Positions 55,863-63,925 of a stretch of DNA of 64,000 nucleotides are shown piece after piece. The notes under the pieces were generated by a model, which was not told where the DNA came from, ran no database searches, and saw only the letters and a list, made by a program, of their open reading frames with translations. Made by a program: the position numbers and the translations under genes. Location of the stretch: the IMG/VR virus record IMGVR_UViG_3300012933_000221, positions 7,911 through 71,910 of that record. One strand, 5' to 3'. The first letter of the stretch is position 1. Each line of letters begins with the position of its first letter. The stretch is from a virus.

Positions 55863-56149
55863 TTAGCCTAAACGTTAATCTACGCAACCCGTGGAGCCAA
55901 CAGTTTAAGAACTTGTGGAGTCATGTTTGGTATGTGCTTGAACACAAGTACCTTGAGCTAGAGTTTTACAAAGACTCTAGCATCCTATCATTTAATTTTA
56001 ATTGGACCTTACGCCAAAGTCATGCAGGGGTAGATGTTGAATTTGGCTTGCTTGGCTATTGTGTTCACGTTAACTTATATGACACTCGTCATTGGAATCA
56101 TAAAGAAGGCCGTTGGATGATTTACACAGAAGAACTAGGAGAACACTAA
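55859..56149 (+). CDS. Hypothetical protein
   Basis: The internal ATG overlapping the upstream stop is preferred over the ORF at 55802. Confidence 0.4.
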   Translation: MISLNVNLRNPWSQQFKNLWSHVWYVLEHKYLELEFYKDSSILSFNFNWTLRQSHAGVDVEFGLLGYCVHVNLYDTRHWNHKEGRWMIYTEELGEH

Positions 56150-56355
56150 TGAAAATTGAACTTAGTGATGAAGCGATCGAAGATATCATGTGTGCTACAC
56201 TTAACGAGCACATGAAGTACATGAAAAAGAATATTAAAGAACTCAAGAAGAAAAAAGGCGCTCTAGAACCGTATCAAGCACAGGACTTAGGCCATGACGT
56301 CAAGATGCTTGCAGCCATGGAAGAAGTATATGGATACTTCGGAGGTAACTTATGA
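56149..56355 (+). CDS. Hypothetical protein
   Basis: TAATG overlap. Product is 68 aa. Confidence 0.4.
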   Translation: MKIELSDEAIEDIMCATLNEHMKYMKKNIKELKKKKGALEPYQAQDLGHDVKMLAAMEEVYGYFGGNL

Positions 56356-56534
56356 GTAGCCTAGGTGTAATTCAAGAACAACCTCCTGAGTGTTGTGAAA
56401 TGTGTGGCAAGATCGATGAGTGTAGACCTTACGGACCAAACAATGAGAACATCTGTTTCGAATGTGCAACTACCAAGTGCGATCCTGCCCAAGTTGAAAA
56501 ACGCATGGCCCAGCACATTTTTGGGGAACAGTAA
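56352..56534 (+). CDS. Small Cys-rich (zinc-ribbon-like) protein
   Basis: CCEMCG ... CFECATTKC. Confidence 0.4.
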   Translation: MSSLGVIQEQPPECCEMCGKIDECRPYGPNNENICFECATTKCDPAQVEKRMAQHIFGEQ

Positions 56535-56851
56535 TGGGTACGCAAACTGACTACTTCAACAAGATCGGTTATAAGCACAAGTATGATATCGGTGACAGAG
56601 TCATCGGTACATACAAAAAGATCCCCGTAGTAGGTACAGTTGGAAACGATCGTTTGATTAATCATACTGATGGCCCAGAAATAACACTACACTTAGATCT
56701 GCCAATAAAGGTTGACAATGTGTATACATCGTTTATAATAGTTAAACATAAAGATATAAGGCGCTTGAAGTCTTTGGAAGACACTGAGCCTCTAAAACTC
56801 AAGGAAGCGGGTTCGATTCCCGCCAAGCGCACCAAACAAGGAAAGAAGTAA
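56534..56851 (+). CDS. Hypothetical protein (3' end overlaps a tRNA-like gene)
   Basis: Product of 105 aa. Confidence 0.4.
   Translation: MGTQTDYFNKIGYKHKYDIGDRVIGTYKKIPVVGTVGNDRLINHTDGPEITLHLDLPIKVDNVYTSFIIVKHKDIRRLKSLEDTEPLKLKEAGSIPAKRTKQGKK
56761..56834 (+). tRNA. Putative suppressor tRNA, anticodon CUA (reads UAG)
   Basis: Acceptor GCGCTTG/CAAGCGC + A + CCA. D-arm GTCT/AGAC (short loop). Anticodon stem TGAGC/ACTCA with loop CTCTAAA (U33, CUA, A37). T-arm GCGGG-TTCGATT-CCCGC. Confidence 0.45.
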
Positions 56852-56852
56852 T

Positions 56853-57080
56853 ATGGACATGGACAACGCCGCAGTATTTTTAGCTGGCACAATTTTATAC
56901 GCACTGGGATTTATTATCATATTAGCTGGCGTCATCGTTGCTAATAATCTGATTCACAAGTTCTGGAAATCATTCGGGTGGTCATTGTTCCCAGCATTCT
57001 TGCAACACGATGCTCCAAGATTCATGTCCCCAGAGGAAGCTGCCAGAGTTGCGCCTACTATGGATAAGCAGACTAAATAA
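56853..57080 (+). CDS. Small membrane protein
   Basis: Two hydrophobic helices in 75 aa. Confidence 0.4.
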   Translation: MDMDNAAVFLAGTILYALGFIIILAGVIVANNLIHKFWKSFGWSLFPAFLQHDAPRFMSPEEAARVAPTMDKQTK

Positions 57081-57158
57081 ATTTGTAGCAGGGTTGCTAC
57101 ACACCAACAGACTTTAAATTAACATGTGTTTAGTCTGTACACAGTAAAAGGAGATACC

Positions 57159-58055
57159 ATGATGTATCAATCAAAACTCGTTGCGAGTCTAAAAGCTAAC
57201 GGCAAAATTCTTCGCGAATTCAAAGACACAGTATACATTCCATTCGGCAGTGAATACTCATTCCTAATTAAAAACCTCCATACCCAACGAGCTTGCGTTA
57301 ATATCTTTATTGACGGTGAAAGCGTAGTTGAGGGTGGACTCGTAGTTAACGCAGGTCAAGAAATTGATCTAGAGCGTTATGTCAAAGAGGGTAGCCTTAA
57401 TGCAGGTAACAAGTTCAAGTTCATTGAACGTACATCTAGCATTGAGGAACACCGTGGAACTAAACTAGAAGACGGACTGGTGCGTATTGAGTTTCAATAC
57501 GAGAAGCAACCATTGCAAGACTGGTTTACTATGAATCGCGGATTCAACAATAATATCTACGCTAAGTCTAGCGAGTATCGCGGTGTTACTGACAAGTTTA
57601 GTGCAGGTGATGCAAATACTTGGTTACAGGCTAGTGGTTCTACTTATGCTACTACTAACGTTAGCCAAATGAATGTAGGCGGTGCGCTACGTGGTGTTGA
57701 CTACAGCAAAGGCGAGGCTGTTAAAGCTGCTGCCGCTAGTGCTATCGATCAAGTTGTGCCGCAGTCTATGAACGTACACGATGGCATGGCCACTATGGAT
57801 AGCTACAACGATGTCGGTATTACTGTTCCTGGCAGCAAGTCAACACAGAAGTTTCAGACAGTAACAATGGGTGTAATGGAAACTGAGAAGCATAGCATTG
57901 TTCTTAAACTGTTAGGCGAAACACCTGATAACAAGCCTGTACTAAAGCCTGTTACAGTTAAAGCTAAACAGAAGTGTGATACTTGCGGTAAGGTAAACAA
58001 AGCACACAGTAAGTTCTGTGTCGAGTGCGGAACTGCATTAGAAATCTTTGCGTAA
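57159..58055 (+). CDS. Hypothetical protein with a C-terminal zinc ribbon
   Basis: AAAGGAG SD before the ATG at 57159. C-terminus CDTCGKVNKAHSKFCVECG. Confidence 0.45.
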   Translation: MMYQSKLVASLKANGKILREFKDTVYIPFGSEYSFLIKNLHTQRACVNIFIDGESVVEGGLVVNAGQEIDLERYVKEGSLNAGNKFKFIERTSSIEEHRGTKLEDGLVRIEFQYEKQPLQDWFTMNRGFNNNIYAKSSEYRGVTDKFSAGDANTWLQASGSTYATTNVSQMNVGGALRGVDYSKGEAVKAAAASAIDQVVPQSMNVHDGMATMDSYNDVGITVPGSKSTQKFQTVTMGVMETEKHSIVLKLLGETPDNKPVLKPVTVKAKQKCDTCGKVNKAHSKFCVECGTALEIFA

Positions 58056-58059
58056 AGAG

Positions 58060-58089
58060 TTGACCGATGTGTCTATTTGAAAGTATAAT
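58060..58089 (+). promoter_or_regulatory. Sigma70-like promoter (TTGACC-18-TATAAT) flanked by an 11-bp inverted repeat GATGTGTCTAT/ATAGACACATC
   Basis: The inverted repeat spans the -10. Leader CTTAACACAGAAAG. Confidence 0.45.
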
Positions 58090-58117
58090 AGACACATCTT
58101 AACACAGAAAGATTTAC

Positions 58118-58654
58118 ATGGCAACTACTGATCAGACTATTGATGCACAGCGCCCACTTGCAGAGTATGCATATTCCTTGAAAAAGAAATATAACGTTAC
58201 GCACGGAATTTCTAAAAAGAAATTCATGATGTTATATGACTTAGGCGAAGTAGAACTAAGTACAGTCTGGGAAAATTTGTTTGTTACCGTACGCAACAAA
58301 TTAGGCATGCCAACAAGAAAAGAAAGTGGAGACAATTATGATTTTGTCAAAGTATTTCCTACACAAACAAGAGTGTTAGGAGATATGAAAACTACAGTCT
58401 TGCAAAAGGACGGCGATAAACGTAGGTTTGTAGTAGCAGGCGTTGAAAATAAAATTGGAATTATTTACATTGTCTGTTGGAATTGGATGACAAAGCAAGT
58501 TAACTTTTTTGCTATCCCGCCTGACGACAACGGCAATCATCCAAAATGTGGATATAAAATTCCAGTGTGTCCTAAAACTGGGGAAAGAACTGGTGGCTGG
58601 TATAATGACAACTGTGCATGTGAAAGCTTTGAAGAGTTAGTAAAAGCTGACTAA
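58118..58654 (+). CDS. Hypothetical protein
   Basis: Product of 178 aa with a Cys-containing C-terminus. Confidence 0.45.
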   Translation: MATTDQTIDAQRPLAEYAYSLKKKYNVTHGISKKKFMMLYDLGEVELSTVWENLFVTVRNKLGMPTRKESGDNYDFVKVFPTQTRVLGDMKTTVLQKDGDKRRFVVAGVENKIGIIYIVCWNWMTKQVNFFAIPPDDNGNHPKCGYKIPVCPKTGERTGGWYNDNCACESFEELVKAD

Positions 58655-58660
58655 TCCTGC

Positions 58661-59509
58661 TTACGGTGGATTGTCAGAATGTGTAACTTCGGTTGCAATT
58701 AGATTTTTAATAACCCAACCAGTTAAGTCCCACTCACCGGATTTAACTTTAGTTGTATAGTTCCACGGCTGGGCGTGATGATTGTTATGCAGGCCTGCTC
58801 CCTTAACCCACATGTTAACCCAAACGTTATTAGTAGATTTGTCAGTAGTATCAAAATTTCGATAGCCGTATCGATGACATAGCACGTTTACTAGTGCAGA
58901 CGAATGTATACTTAACGCTCCTGTAAGAACTACAAAGTACAAGCAAAATTTAAATCCAAACAAGATTGCAACTACAAATATCCCTGCCCAATAAATTTTG
59001 AAATAGTTATCTCGAATAAACTTGTGTATGGGATTCTTTAGCATATCTTTTACAATGCTTGGATTAACTGTAAAAGAAGACTTCGGCTCTAACCAAAGCC
59101 AAGATCGTAACCAATCTTTAGCCGGGTGCGGATCAAGATTCAAATCAGAGTTTTTGTGATGCGATCGATGTCGAGCAACCCAGCCTAGGCTATTTCCAGT
59201 CAGTGCCCAGATAGACAATACTGCTAATGTATTTTCCATCCACGGTGTTGTTTTATAACTTCGATGACTAAAGTATCTATGCAACCCAGCTTCTTGGCCT
59301 ATGTTGACAAATACAAATGAACCTAATACATACACTAGGAACCAAACAGGATCCCAATAATAGAACAAGCCGACAATCGAAAGGATATGTACAGCAATGA
59401 TCGATAAATGTAGTCGTCTGTGAAATGTCATCTTGTATTTATAGTAGCATTTTGGAGCCAAAAAATTTGGCCAATTTTGGCTAATCGTGTATACTAGCAA
59501 CTTAGGCAC
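58661..59509 (-). CDS. Membrane fatty-acid desaturase (second copy, delta-9 family)
   Basis: His boxes HRYFSH, HRSHH and AGLHNNHHAQP. Four TM segments. Confidence 0.65.
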   Translation of the reverse strand: MPKLLVYTISQNWPNFLAPKCYYKYKMTFHRRLHLSIIAVHILSIVGLFYYWDPVWFLVYVLGSFVFVNIGQEAGLHRYFSHRSYKTTPWMENTLAVLSIWALTGNSLGWVARHRSHHKNSDLNLDPHPAKDWLRSWLWLEPKSSFTVNPSIVKDMLKNPIHKFIRDNYFKIYWAGIFVVAILFGFKFCLYFVVLTGALSIHSSALVNVLCHRYGYRNFDTTDKSTNNVWVNMWVKGAGLHNNHHAQPWNYTTKVKSGEWDLTGWVIKNLIATEVTHSDNPP

Positions 59510-59965
59510 ACCAGGCTCATAGGCAAATCAGCGTGACATAAGGCGAGACAGCGCCAGTTAACTCTCTGTTGGGCAAGGTTCTGATGTGTGACCCACTACC
59601 CCGCCTCATCGCGCAGGCAATTTCTATTCACTACCCGAAAGGATGCTTAAACGTCTTACCACTGTAAGAAACGTTTGGATAGTCATAACAGTTGCAGGAA
59701 TTTCCAATACGCTCATTCTGACACCGGCACCGAGGTCAGATTAAAAATCGTAGAGAGTGGGGTAAGGTACAGAGCCCAGAAGCGTGGAATCCAAATACTC
59801 TCTGCCTCAGTGTGTACGAGCAACTCAACAAACATTTTTACGGCGCTCCAAAAGTGGGTGCCGTATGACTTCACAATCTAACAAAACTTAATAAAGAAAA
59901 ATAATGTGAGTGAAAACGAACATTAGGTCTCTAGACCTTTCATCACAGAGGCATTATAATAAGCT

Positions 59966-60286
59966 ATGGATTACATTTTAAGATATGAACTAACACCTGA
60001 GGATATTGAATTCCTCAATATGACTACGATTGAATACGATCTTCATAATCATACTGTAGGTGCTAATGATTCTGGATGGTGTGACATGACTACTGGTGGC
60101 AGAATTGTTGATTGTAAAGATCGAGCTATCTTTAAGGCACCTTCTGCGCAACAAATTACATTCCTACAAATTAAGTTTGGGGACCGCCTAAGAGTATTGC
60201 ACAACGGTCTAAGAGAAATATATAATATAGCTGAACAGCACAATACCAGCCCGGAAGCTGTTATTGATAACCAAGGGGATGCATAA
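59966..60286 (+). CDS. Hypothetical protein
   Basis: Product of 106 aa. Confidence 0.35.
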   Translation: MDYILRYELTPEDIEFLNMTTIEYDLHNHTVGANDSGWCDMTTGGRIVDCKDRAIFKAPSAQQITFLQIKFGDRLRVLHNGLREIYNIAEQHNTSPEAVIDNQGDA

Positions 60287-60531
60287 TGGGATTAGGACCT
60301 TGCGTTTGCCAACATTGCCAAGTGTTAGCAAGTTACTCTGAAAAACCTATTCGTGTAGTGCGAAATGCTAGTACGAGAACTGTTGGTAAATGGACAAACT
60401 GGTATTGTGAGTTCTGTGGAGAAACAGATCCAAATGATTATGCCGGGTTCGGCAGTTATGATAAGTACTTTGAGAATGAAAAAGTTCTTAGATTTTTACT
60501 AAACAAAAAGGAGAAAAGTAAAATGAAATAG
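60286..60531 (+). CDS. Small Cys-rich protein
   Basis: CVCQHCQ ... YCEFCGE. Confidence 0.35.
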   Translation: MGLGPCVCQHCQVLASYSEKPIRVVRNASTRTVGKWTNWYCEFCGETDPNDYAGFGSYDKYFENEKVLRFLLNKKEKSKMK

Positions 60532-60555
60532 ATTGAATATGCTTGTAAGGACGTA

Positions 60556-61095
60556 GTGTTCCATTTTAATAAAAAACACTTAGAAGATCAGACCATTCCT
60601 ATGTGGGTCTTAAAATTTCATGGGGAGACGTTATACGTCAATCATGTAGACTGTCAGCTACCTTGGAGTACTAAGGAAACGCCTGACAATCCGTCTACAA
60701 AAGGTAGCATCAAAGTTAAGAACGCACTACTGCGTATCAGTGATGATAACGAAGCTACACTAACAGAACTCACCTTAATAGATAAATTTCGCCTGCGTAA
60801 TCAAAAGCTAGGCATTACTCGTATCATAGCCCCGTATGGATGCGCTACGCACAAAGCTCTTTTAGCTAATGAGTACAAACACTCTCCTATTAAAACTATT
60901 AGCGGACGTTGCTCTAGTTCGTTTATCGTATGTGACTTACTCAGCAAGAATGAAGTATTGTTGGCCCAAATCAAGTACGATGACTGGCGTGAATTAAAAC
61001 CCAATGAGTCGTATTATACAGAGTATGATAATGTCAAGGAAGAAAACATAAAGGTAGATTATGGACATCCAAGTACACCATTTGAATACTCTTAA
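60556..61095 (+). CDS. Hypothetical protein
   Basis: Product of 179 aa. Confidence 0.4.
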   Translation: MFHFNKKHLEDQTIPMWVLKFHGETLYVNHVDCQLPWSTKETPDNPSTKGSIKVKNALLRISDDNEATLTELTLIDKFRLRNQKLGITRIIAPYGCATHKALLANEYKHSPIKTISGRCSSSFIVCDLLSKNEVLLAQIKYDDWRELKPNESYYTEYDNVKEENIKVDYGHPSTPFEYS

Positions 61096-61382
61096 AATTA
61101 AGCGAAGCCAGGTAAGAGAACTTATAGCTGATTTGAAACGAATGAAAATCAGACATCGTCCGTTTAATTGGCACGGTGACGAACTACATGTTCCAATATA
61201 TTCTTCAACCAAATATACTTGGCTAGCATTAAAATATTCTTAATCGTTATTGAAAAAACCTATTACGCTTATTAGAATAATTATAGCTAAAACCTATTAA
61301 AATGCTTGCATAATAGATTAAATAAAAGTACAATACATACAAGGAACAAAAGTTCTTAACATTTTTAACAAAGGAAATCAAA

Positions 61383-61922
61383 ATGAAAACAATCGGTGAT
61401 AAACTAACAGCATTCGCAGTAACAGGTGTTAAGCCAGGACAACCAGCTGACCCATACTTCACAATTACAGACCAAAGCTTCGAAGGCAAGTGGAAAGTAA
61501 TCGTGTTCTATCCAAAGGACTTTACATTCGTTTGCCCAACTGAAATCGTAGCCTACGACAAGTTGACCGGTGACTTTGCAGATCGTGATGCAGTATTGCT
61601 AACAGGTAGCACAGACAATGAGTTTTGTAAGACAGCATGGCAAATGGCACACGCTGATTTGAAGAAAATCACTCACACTCAGTTTGCTGATACACAGCGT
61701 GGTGAGTTGAGCTTGGTTGAACAACTTGGTGTGTTCTATGCTCCAGCAGGCGCAGCACTTCGTGCTACATTCATCGTTGACCCAGAAAACGTTATCCAAC
61801 ACGTTACAGTTAACAACTTGGATGTAGGTCGTAGCCCAGAAGAAACCTTGCGTATTCTTGACGCATTGCAAACTGGCGAACTTTGTGCATGTAACCGTAC
61901 CATCGGTGGCGAAACACTTTAA
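61383..61922 (+). CDS. ahpC: Peroxiredoxin (AhpC/TSA family)
   Basis: FYPKDFTFVCPTEI peroxidatic-Cys motif and RATFIVDPENVIQ. Confidence 0.8.
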   Translation: MKTIGDKLTAFAVTGVKPGQPADPYFTITDQSFEGKWKVIVFYPKDFTFVCPTEIVAYDKLTGDFADRDAVLLTGSTDNEFCKTAWQMAHADLKKITHTQFADTQRGELSLVEQLGVFYAPAGAALRATFIVDPENVIQHVTVNNLDVGRSPEETLRILDALQTGELCACNRTIGGETL

Positions 61923-61937
61923 TTAAGGAGAAGGGCA

Positions 61938-62021
61938 ATGAATAGCGAATATCAAGATTATGTAGATTATTGCAATGGGCTTGGTCGTAAAGATTGCCCT
62001 TGCCAAGGAGAAACTAGATGA
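61938..62021 (+). CDS. Small Cys-containing peptide (27 aa)
   Basis: AAGGAGAA SD. Sequence MNSEYQDYVDYCNGLGRKDCPCQGETR. ATGA overlap with ahpD. Confidence 0.3.
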   Translation: MNSEYQDYVDYCNGLGRKDCPCQGETR

Positions 62022-62524
62022 GTTTTAATGAAACAATCAAAGGTGCGTTGCCAGAATACGCAAAGGACACTAAGTTAAACTTAGACGCAGTCCTTGTGCG
62101 TAGTACATTAGATGCTGATGTTGCTATGGGTTGTGCGGTAGCAGCATTGGCTGCAACTGGTAACGGCAAAGTATTAAGTATCTTGTTAGCTGATGGGCCA
62201 GTACATGCTGACTCGGCAATGACAGCCGCTAGCATCATGGCTCAAAACAACGTATGGTATCCATACGTTGAAATGGCAGATGATGAACAGCTAAAGGGCT
62301 TGCCAGCACAGTTACGTATGAATGCAATTGCAAGTCATGGAGGAACTACAAAGGCAAACTTTGAAGCATTTAGTTTGGCTGCAAGTATTGTGGGCAAGTG
62401 TCACTTCTGTGTTAAGGCACATTATGAAACATTGAAAGCAGAAGGCTACACAGTAGAGAACCTACGTGACATTGGGCGTATTGCCAGTGTTATGAATTCA
62501 GTTGCAAAAGTTTTGAATTCGTAA
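62018..62524 (+). CDS. ahpD: AhpD-like alkylhydroperoxidase (carboxymuconolactone decarboxylase family)
   Basis: GKCHFCVKAH CxxC-H core motif. Product is 168 aa. Confidence 0.65.
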   Translation: MSFNETIKGALPEYAKDTKLNLDAVLVRSTLDADVAMGCAVAALAATGNGKVLSILLADGPVHADSAMTAASIMAQNNVWYPYVEMADDEQLKGLPAQLRMNAIASHGGTTKANFEAFSLAASIVGKCHFCVKAHYETLKAEGYTVENLRDIGRIASVMNSVAKVLNS

Positions 62525-62645
62525 TCGTTTTGTAACACTTTTGTTTGTAAATAAGAGTGCGGGCACAAGATAAGGTGTCGCTGGAACCCGTAACCAGCAC
62601 TAGATTTTCAAAATGTAGCAAAAATGCCACATTATCGCCATGGTC

Positions 62646-62674
62646 TTGACAAGAAGAACTATATACTATACAAT
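62646..62674 (+). promoter_or_regulatory. Tandem promoter 1 (TTGACA-17-TACAAT)
   Basis: Consensus hexamers in an ORF-free region. Confidence 0.45.
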
Positions 62675-62727
62675 CATGGCTAGTTAGGAAGCAGTAAATT
62701 CTTTTTGCTCAATTTTGCAAATAGGGG

Positions 62728-62756
62728 TTGACACAGATGCTAAATAACTATACAAT
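62728..62756 (+). promoter_or_regulatory. Tandem promoter 2 (TTGACA-17-TACAAT)
   Basis: Consensus hexamers. Confidence 0.45.
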
Positions 62757-62826
62757 AGAGACATGTTAACAAAAGAGGTGTTCAACAGTGTTGTAGAAAT
62801 ACAACAAAGTAGATAACCAAAAGTTG

Positions 62827-62855
62827 TTGACAGTAGAGCTGAAAGGCACTACAAT
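62827..62855 (+). promoter_or_regulatory. Tandem promoter 3 (TTGACA-17-TACAAT)
   Basis: Consensus hexamers. Confidence 0.45.
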
Positions 62856-62920
62856 AGAAACATAGCAAGCAGTAGAAGCAAGCCAGCTAAAAGTAATTTT
62901 AGCAAGTTAGCCAAAACAGT

Positions 62921-62949
62921 TTGACAGTAACGTAGAAAGACGTTATAAT
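62921..62949 (+). promoter_or_regulatory. Tandem promoter 4 (TTGACA-17-TATAAT)
   Basis: Consensus hexamers. Leader AAACACATGTTAGCAGC. Confidence 0.45.
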
Positions 62950-63610
62950 AAACACATGTTAGCAGCAATGGTGCTGTTAGCAAACCAAGTTAAAGAAAAA
63001 CAAAATGAAAGCAATTTGTAATTTTAGACAATTTAATACGATGACTAAACAGTCAGGCTCAGTAGCCTCTGTATGGTTAGCGGTGAATAGTCTAGGACAT
63101 TCAGATCGCACACCGGAGGGCTATATTAGCTCAGGGTTCTTGGAGGGAAGTGGTTATGCTTAATTAAGCAAAAACTACTAAAACTTTTAGAACCCTAGGA
63201 TTAAAAACCCTGGGGTTTTTTGTTTTCCGAGAAAGGAACAATGATTGTAAGAGATCAAAAAGAAAGTGACTGGGTAGCAATGCATACGCTATCTGAACAA
63301 GATGTTAGGAAACTAATTCTTGAAAAGATGGAACGTGCTAAGTTATTGCAGAAAGCGAATGAAAATCGCAGGCTCCAAGAGTTTGCGTAGTGTGAAGATA
63401 CAGGTAACGAGGACCTGGGGGCGCACTTTAAACATGCTTCAAACGGGCGGACTAGTGGATGGCATCTCCTTTTGTGGAGAGAAAATACTAGTTATTAAAG
63501 CGTATTGAGATCCTTTCTGGACAGTACGTTTTAATAAGCACATTCTTTATAAGCGAACATAGTTTGCTTATGGACTAGGGGTTCCTGGTTGTGAGTGTGT
63601 TAACAATTAT

Positions 63611-63696
63611 GGGTGCTCGGTCGGAGTTGGAGAGCCACGGCGAGCTGTAACCTCGTTCACATAGTGTAGTAAGTTCGAATCTTACAGCACCCACCA
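63611..63696 (+). tRNA. tRNA, long variable arm, anticodon GUA (Tyr)
   Basis: Acceptor GGGTGCT/AGCACCC + A + CCA. Anticodon stem GCGAG/CTCGT with loop CTGTAAC. Variable arm CAC-ata-GTG. T-arm GTAAG-TTCGAAT-CTTAC. Confidence 0.6.
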
Positions 63697-63701
63697 ATTA
63701 T

Positions 63702-63775
63702 TCCTGGATAGTTAAATGGTATAACAATCGGCTGATAACCGGTCATTACAAGTTCGATTCTTGTTCTAGGAACCA
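63702..63775 (+). tRNA. tRNA, anticodon GAU (Ile)
   Basis: Acceptor TCCTGGA/TCTAGGA. D-stem GTTA/TAAC. Anticodon stem ATCGG/CCGGT with loop CTGATAA. T-arm ACAAG-TTCGATT-CTTGT. Ends ACCA. Confidence 0.6.
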
Positions 63776-63847
63776 AGTTTAGGATGCTAACAGCAAAGTT
63801 AAAAACTTTTCTTTTGGTGAAAACAAAAATGCATCCTGTTTAATTAT

Positions 63848-63921
63848 ATAGCGTTGGACTTCTGGGAGGTCACCACCCTTTCAAGGTGGCTAGGCGGGTT
63901 CGATCCCCGTACGCTATACCA
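63848..63921 (+). tRNA. tRNA, anticodon UUC (Glu)
   Basis: Acceptor ATAGCGT/ACGCTAT. Anticodon stem CCACC/GGTGG with loop CTTTCAA. T-arm GCGGG-TTCGATC-CCCGT. Ends ACCA. Confidence 0.6.
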
Positions 63922-63925
63922 ATAT

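Noticed and set aside
59675-59881. 68-aa ORF in the GC-rich intergenic region
   Set aside because: It has no SD, atypical composition and no coupling to neighbours. The region is more plausibly non-coding RNA or a regulatory spacer.
62640-62950. Possible CRISPR array or other repeat array from four roughly 90-bp periodic units
   Set aside because: The repeated units are promoter hexamers (TTGACA/TACAAT) with divergent flanks, not identical direct repeats with unique spacers. No cas genes are present.
63095-63150. tRNA-like 5' half (GGGCTATATTAGCTCAGGG) in the ORF-free region
   Set aside because: It lacks a T-arm, an anticodon arm continuity and a CCA-proximal acceptor strand. At most it is a tRNA remnant.
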